A DNA stretch of 39,023 nt from Octopus bimaculoides (Eukaryota), in assembly GCF_001194135.2 (NCBI RefSeq), contig NC_068990.1:43185351-43224373 (forward strand), given 5' to 3'. Shown one piece after another: positions 32,415-39,023 of the stretch. The translations under genes and the position numbers were made by a program. The notes below the pieces were generated by a model. The model was not told where the DNA came from, did no database searches, and saw nothing but the letters and a program-made list of their open reading frames with translations. The first letter of the stretch is position 1. Each line of letters starts with the position of its first letter.

Positions 32415-32647
32415 TTCTTTTATTCTTCTATTTGTTTCAGTCATTTGACAGCGGCCATGCTGAAGCACCACCGTTAGTAAAAGAAATTGACTCCAGGACT
32501 TATTCTTTGTAGGCCTTGTACTTATTCTATCAGTATCTTTTGCTGAACTGCTAAGTTAGGGAGACGTAAATACACCAATATTGGTTGTCAAGCAATGGTA
32601 GGAGGGACAAACACAGACACACGAACATATACACATATATGTGTGTA

Positions 32648-32694
<47 letters not shown>

Positions 32695-32857
32695 AACAGG
32701 CTTCTTTCAGTTTCCATCTACTAAATCCACTCACAAGGTTTTGGTCAATCCAAGGCTATAGCAGAAGACATTTGCCCAAGGTGCCGAGCAGTGGGACTGA
32801 ACCTGGAACCATGTGGTTAGTAAGCAAGCTACTGACTACACAGCCACTCCTGTGCCT
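32415..32857 (-). mobile_element. SINE family A1, full length
   Basis: Colinear with 24943-25478. Confidence 0.92.
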
Positions 32858-33359
32858 ATGTGTGTACAGTTTAATTATTATAAATCTTCCACTGAGGAGG
32901 GAGCTGGTTTTCAACAAAGATACAAGGCTCCATTTTTGGGATGTAGTTAACACAGACAAATTCGCATTTGGAACTTAAGAAAAGTCTTGCTTATTTTTAG
33001 TTTTCCACTCAGAGACTGCACTTGTAATGTACAAATCAGCCAGTCAATTTCTCTTTCTGAAAATCCCAGTTTATCCAGATTCTCCTTTAAGCATTTACTA
33101 ACAAAACCTAGAATTCCAATATGTATGTATGCATGTATGTATGTATGGATCTATTTATCTATTTATCATTTCCGTTTGGTGCTTCCAGTGGTGCTAAAAT
33201 AAAACTGATATGATGCATTATTTCATATGTTATATAGTTGTACTCCAGTAATAATTTTTCTGATAAAGTGTTGAAACAATTGTAGTAGTATGCAATAAAA
33301 TGTGTAACTCACTCCAATCTCCTTATCAATATTTAAAATATATATATATATATATATGT

Positions 33360-33400
<41 letters not shown>

Positions 33401-33489
33401 GAGAGAGACAGATAGATAGATAGATATATATTGATGTATGTATACACACATATGTGTGTAAGCATGTTTGTGAATGTGTGCATATTTAC

Positions 33490-33720
33490 TGTTGCCCTGA
33501 TGTCATATGATGGTTCTAAACGGGCATCGCTATCATTATAAGTGATGCTGTACATTTCCATTCTTTTGCAGAAAAAAAATGTCTGGCCATGGTAAATATC
33601 ACCTTTGTTGAAAAACGGGTGGGTTGACAACAGGAAAGGAATTTGGTCACAGAAAATGTGCCTCAATTAATTCTGTCTGACCTGTACAAGCATGGAAAAA
33701 TAGACATTAAATGATGGCGG
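33490..33720 (+). mobile_element. SINE A2 body plus RTE-type tail
   Basis: Matches 31750-31985 (..GTCTGGCCATGGTAAATAT..ACAGGAAAGG..GCATGGAAAAATAGACATTAAATGATG). Confidence 0.65.
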
Positions 33721-34618
33721 TGATGATGATGATGATGATGAGGACGACGACGAGGAGAAGGAGGAGGAGGATAATGTTGATGATGATGGTGTTGGTAGTG
33801 GTGGTGGTGCTGATGATACACACATACACACACACTATATATATATATAGTGTGGTGGTGGTGGTGGTGCTGGTGGTGCTGGTGCTGGTGTGGTGGTGGT
33901 GGTGGTGGTGGTGTTGGCAGTGGTGGTAGCAGCAAAGGCAGCAGCAGCAGTGGTGGTAGCAGCAGCAGCAGCAGCAGCAGATATGAAGATGTTGTCATCA
34001 GTGGTGGTTTTGGTATTGTTGACTGTGGTTGAATGAGAAATATGGGAGTGGATGGTCTTTTAAGAACTGTTATAGAGAAGCGAGAGATAGATTAATAACT
34101 AAAAACTAACTGTACAAGGGAGCTGGGGATACAAGATGGTGATGCAGTAGGAGAGAGAAGGAAATAGTCAGACAGACAGACAGGAAGATAAAGAGAGCAA
34201 GAGAACAAGAGAGAGAGAGAGAGTAAAAGAAGATATTGTGTGAGGGTGAAGAACTTAAAATCACAAACACATACAAAACCCTGACCAAAAACATTGCATC
34301 ATATACAGAATACAATTCAATCCAGTTCAATAAAATAAGCTGAGAGTGTGAGGGTACAACAGATGTAATTTTCCAGATATCTGCTGGTGTGTTTATGTCT
34401 GTGTGTCTTTGAAGGAAGATTTTTCTCTTTTTTTTTTCCATACAAATACATAAATTTGTTGTTGAGCAAAAGACTTGCAGGATATTAAATAAAAATGTAG
34501 AATCATCATGTAGAATAAGAAAAGCTTTACACAAACACACACATACTCTCTCTTGCTCACACACACACACGTGCGCATGCACACATACACTCTCTTACAC
34601 AAACACACAAACACACGC

Positions 34619-34770
34619 ACACACATACAGACATAAATACACAGACACACTCACACACAAACACACACACACACACACATACAGACATAAATACAGACAC
34701 ACTCACACACAAACACACACACACACACACATACAGACATAAAATGCACAGACACACTCACACACATACA
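34619..34770. repeat. ~50-bp minisatellite, about 3 copies, built from (CA)-rich units
   Basis: CATACAGACATAAAT(AC)ACAGACACACTCACACACAAACACACACACAC repeated three times. Confidence 0.85.
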
Positions 34771-36631
34771 CACACACTCACATGCACATGTATGTACACA
34801 TGCACACATATAATTGAATAAATAAAAAAATAAATGGATATAAGAATTGAATAAATAAACAAAATGAAAGACAGAAAACAAACAAATATATATCAACACA
34901 TAAAATAAATAAATGAATAAAATCAATGAATTAAAAGTAGTAGGAGAAGAAGAAGGAAAAGAAGAGATGGAATGAAGTGAAATGTGAAATCAATGAATGC
35001 AAATTATTTGGCTTTGAAAACATGACAAATAAATATGGAAAAAAAATAAAATTGTTGTAAAATAAAATAAATGTATTAAATTGCAAAAACAATAGATATT
35101 AAAGAGGATGAATATTACTGCTGTAGGTGGTAATGATTGTGGTGATGGTAGTGGTGATATAGAGGTGGTGGGGATGTTGTTAAGAGCAGTAGTATTGTAG
35201 GTCTGCATTGAGTTTTTATAGCCTCTCATGGTAGAGTTAGTTTGTGTGTTGAATATGGCGAGCATGCTAGAGTGTCCAATGATTGCCAGTGAAAAGGGTT
35301 GACAAAACAATGGAGTTGGCAGGTGTGGGGAGGGGTTTGCCTCTAGATAGAAATAACTCCAGACTGAAATCTCTCTCAAATCTCTCAAGTTGCTCTCAAA
35401 TCTCTATCCACCACATCATCTTAAAAGAAGGAGAGACACATTGGTTAATGTAATCAATGTAATTCTAGATACAGTGTATCAAAAAAGATGTTGCAGTTAT
35501 TGTTGGAAAACCTTGTTATCACAGGTTTACTGGATCAGGGCTGGCTGACCTGGGGCTAAACAACAACAACACCAACAACAACCAATGATTTGATGATTCA
35601 AAAGCCCTTTACTAGAATTGTAAGGTACCTCCTTTTCTAAGAGCTTTCTAACAAACCCAATCAACTTTAGCGCCAGCTATAGGACATGGGCTCATAAGTC
35701 TGCTTAATTAGGGCTGGCCTGAAGTTAAACAATATATCGTCGTCGTCATCTTCATCATCATCATCATCATCATCATCACCATCATCATTGTCATCATCAA
35801 TGCTTTGCAATGACAGTTGTATTACACCCTACCTTGTGAAGACATGCAGATCTCAAAAAAACACCATTTCCTCTAGGCTCAACATCTTTTTGTTGATCTA
35901 TCACTACTACAAGTATATTTTCCACTTGGCAGTGTCAGATAGGGCTACAAGTAGTAGATAACAGTGCTTTTGAAACAGCACACTATTATTATTATTATTA
36001 TTTCCACCCCACCCCCCATTAGTTAAGATTACTCAAAAACATTTGGAGCTACAAGCCACTGCTTTCATACCATTTTCCCTTTTACATCTTACAGCCATGC
36101 TGGGACACCACCGTGATGGGTTTTAGTTGAATGATTCAAATCCAGTACTTATTTTCCTAAGCCTATTCTATCAGTTTCTTTTGCTGAGCATTTAAGTTAT
36201 GAGGATGTTAACAAAAGAACACTGGTTGTCAAATGGTGATGTGAGAATTATTGAATTCAGGATTGGTGGGCAATATTTTGACCCTGGCAGCACTATTTTG
36301 CAACATTTAGCTCGTGGTGGTGTAACAGGTATTTATTAATAGATTATAACTAATGTTAACATGCTATCTTAATGATAGCAGATTCTTATAATATTCTTTT
36401 CAATGTATCTTTAAGACAGTAGTGCGTGCGTGTGTGTGAATTGAGAGGTGTTTGGCTTCTATATTTCGCATGTTGAGTAGCCACATAGAAGCCCCTTGGT
36501 ATAATAAAGTTAACTGGAAGTTGTTGGTGGCGATTACTCTGTCATGTGAGAGAAGTCTGAACAGACTAAGTATTTTATAATAAATAAGTTTCAGTTATTC
36601 CCAAACTGTATCCATTGGAAAAAATTAGCAA

Positions 36632-37030
36632 GTGTGCAGGCATGGCTGTGTGGTAAGATGGTTGCTTCCAAACCATATGGTTCTGAGTTCAGTCTCACTG
36701 TGTGATACCTTGTTAATGTATCTTCTACTATAGCCTCAGGCTGACCAAAGCCTTGTGAGCAGATTTGATAGACAGAAACTGAAAGAAGCCCATTGTGTGT
36801 GTGTGTGTGTCTTTGTTGTGCCTGTGTTTGTCCCCTACCACCACTTGGCAACTAGTGTTGGTGTGTTTACATCCCCATAACCTAGCAGTTTGGCAATAAA
36901 AGACTGATAGAATAAGTACTAGGCTTTAAAAAAAATAAGCCCTTGAGTTAACTTGTTCAACTAAAACCCTTCAAGGTGGTACTCCAGCACGGCCACAGTC
37001 AAATGGCTGAAACAAGTAAAAGATAAAAGA
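36632..37030 (+). mobile_element. SINE family A1, full length; extra tail fragment at ~36075-36240 (-)
   Basis: Head GCATGGCTGTGTGGTAAG..GAGTTCAGTCTC, tail ..CTGAAACAAGTAAAAGA. Confidence 0.9.
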
Positions 37031-37039
37031 CAAGTGGTT

Positions 37040-38365
37040 AAAGCCTGACAAAAAGTTTCAATCCTGACTAATGGATCACAAATTTTCAAACTGGGTAAAA
37101 AAACATAAAAACTCTCTGTCAACAAAGCAATTTGCAAAATGTGCAATGTTGAAAAACAAGCTCACAAAACTGATTCAACAAAGCAGGATTTTTTCAGCTA
37201 AACATAAATAATACAGTACTGTAGTAATAAACTCAAATTTGCAGTAAACTTTCATAGCAGCTTTTTCCAGATGCAATGCAACAAAGTTAACATCATTTGT
37301 ATCTGAACATGTACATATTTGTAGTGTTGGTCATTTAGGAGAAGATATTAATAAAAGAATTCTTGATCATCAAACGCAGCTGGTTTGAAACTACATAGAA
37401 CAAAATGTATAGCATTTATATAAAAAAAAATGTTATTAGTCCATCCTTAATTAAAAACATAAGCAGTTGTCAATTTTCCTTGATTTTGAATGTATCACTT
37501 GATGTTTGTGAAAGCCTATATATGTGTATGTGCTAGATATTACAAGAAACAACAAAATAAAATTGAATCAGTTTTGGGGGTTAATTTCTGTTATAAACAA
37601 AAACTACTGAAGTCATGGAAAAAGTTCTTGAATGATTTGAGAATTAATATTGATTTCAAATTTTGGCACAAGGCCATTAATTTCAGGGGAGCGTGTAAGT
37701 TGATTACATCAACTCCAGTCTTCGACTGGTACTTATTTTATAAACCCCAAAAGAATGAAAGGCAAAGCTGATCTCAGCAGAATTTGAACTCAAAACGTAA
37801 AGATGGATGAAGTACATTAAGCATTCTGCCCAGTGTTCAAACAGTTCTGCTAGCTCACCATCTTGATTTAGGAATTGATACTGGTTTCAAATTTTGGGCA
37901 CAAGGCCAGCAATTTGGGGGGAGGGGTTAATTCGATTACTTAACCCCCAGAGCTCAACTGGTATTTATGTTATCGAACCTGAAAGAATGAAATGCAAAGT
38001 CAGTCTTGGCAGGATTTGAACTCAGAACACAAAGAGAGATGAAATGCCCCTAAGAATTCTTCCCAGTGTACTAACAGTCCTACAAGCTCAGCTTGCTGCC
38101 TTGATTTGGGAATTAACATTAAAAATTGTTTCCTTGTTGCAGCAGATGGAGCTTCCAGCCTTTGAAGTATTAATAATTCTATCTTTCACAGTAATGAAAT
38201 TAGAGAATACAAACTTGACATAAAAGGCATTTTGTACTTTCCCTATTCACCATGTTGCTATGTTGCTGAAGAATTAACTTCTGTCGTTGACTACCTGTTA
38301 AAAGAAACTTACTATTGGTTCCACAGATTGGCATTGAAAAGAAAATCCTACATGAAAATTCATCA
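37040..38365 (+). pseudogene. hAT transposase remnant (BED finger through the second catalytic Asp), split by two SINEs
   Basis: NKAICKMCNVEKQAHKTD (BED-like, 37121-); KLTSFVSEH..SVGHLGE; FSLIL..(37475-); CVCARYY; after the SINEs NCFLVAADGAS (38124-) and VDYLLKETYYWFHR..KRKSY. Motif order matches recalled hAT transposases. Confidence 0.75.
37652..38101 (-). mobile_element. Two head-to-tail SINE C2 copies (37652-37863, 37883-38101)
   Basis: Each has TTTCAAATTTTGG(G)CACAAGGCC, GGTA(C/T)TTAT, AAAGAATGAAA and TTTGAACTCA. Separated and flanked by three versions of a 19-bp host sequence. Confidence 0.88.
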
Positions 38366-38392
38366 TCATCATCATCTTAATATCTACTTTTC

Positions 38393-38871
38393 GAAGGCGG
38401 TGAGCTGGAAGAGATGTTAGCATGCTGGGCAAAATGCTTAGCAGTATTTCGTCTGTAAGGGCGGCGAGCTGGCAGAATTGTTAGCACGCCAGGCGAAATG
38501 CTTAGCGGTATTTCGTCTGCCATTATGTTCTGAGTTCAAATTCCACCGAGGTTGACTTTGCCTTTCATCCTTTCAGGGTTGATAAATTAAGTACCAGTTA
38601 CACACTGGTGTCGATGTAATCAGCTTAATCCCTTTGTCTGTCCTTGTTTGTCCCCTCTATGTTTAGCCTCTTGTGGCCAATAAAGAAATAAGTATTTCGT
38701 CCGTCTTTATGTTCTGAGTTCAAATTTCACTGAGGTCGACTTTGCCTTTCATCCTGGGATCCCACTGTTCAGCACCTTGGGCAAATGTCCTTTACTTTGC
38801 ATACTGTGGGTCGATCTAATCGACTGGCCCCCTCTCCAAAACATTTGGGCCCTGTGCCTAGAGTAGAAAAG
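38393..38871 (+). mobile_element. SINE C2 host containing a younger C1 SINE (38457-38690) and an A-head fragment (~38756-38800)
   Basis: Outer TSD AATATCTACTTTTC (38379-92, 38872-85). Inner TSD AGTATTTCGTC(T/C)GT (38443-56, 38691-704). Confidence 0.9.
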
Positions 38872-39023
38872 AATATCTACTTTTCCGGGCTTGCATGGGT
38901 CAAATTCATTGAAGCAGAATTTGTAAAAGCAAATGCCCTGTTTCCAAGTAAGGTAGTATTTTTTTACTGTTAGAATGGAAACAAATAACCTTTCTTGTAT
39001 GGCAATGGCATGACATAACAATC

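Noticed and set aside
1206-34926. Long ORF-track entries made of X runs or YI/HT/CV/SL/poly-amino-acid repeats
   Set aside because: Read-through of N-gaps and microsatellites, with no coding evidence.
37633-38120. CRISPR-like repeat-spacer pattern
   Set aside because: Spacers are ~215-bp SINEs, the repeats are degenerate host sequence, the context is eukaryotic and no cas genes are present.

Overview
AT-rich eukaryotic genomic DNA from a gapped draft scaffold (10 N-gaps, most flanked by microsatellites). The repeat families look like those of an octopod cephalopod (Octopus-type). That call is inference from recalled repeat sequences, not a database hit. I found no intact protein-coding gene, rRNA, bona fide tRNA or CRISPR array. 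Almost all ORF-track entries are microsatellite or N-gap read-through, or decayed transposon fragments. Retroelements: tRNA-headed SINEs (working names A1, A2, C1, C2, E, G) and remnants of RTE, HERO/R2-type, Penelope-like (PLE) and Ty1/copia elements. DNA transposons: two mariner families, Tc1 and hAT transposase pseudogenes, and about eight MITE/foldback elements. Most notable: (i) two structurally complete type I hammerhead ribozyme motifs of different sequence families (1008-1053 +, 4451-4543 -); (ii) a ~1.56 kb element with ~280-bp terminal inverted repeats (TIRs), CGG...CCG ends and a 6-bp target-site duplication (TSD) that I cannot assign to a superfamily; (iii) a patchwork local duplication and several multi-level nested insertions. 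A few weak splice-site-bounded candidate exons on the minus strand are unverified. Boundaries of decayed repeats are approximate unless termini or TSDs are quoted. All alignments and identities were done by eye.
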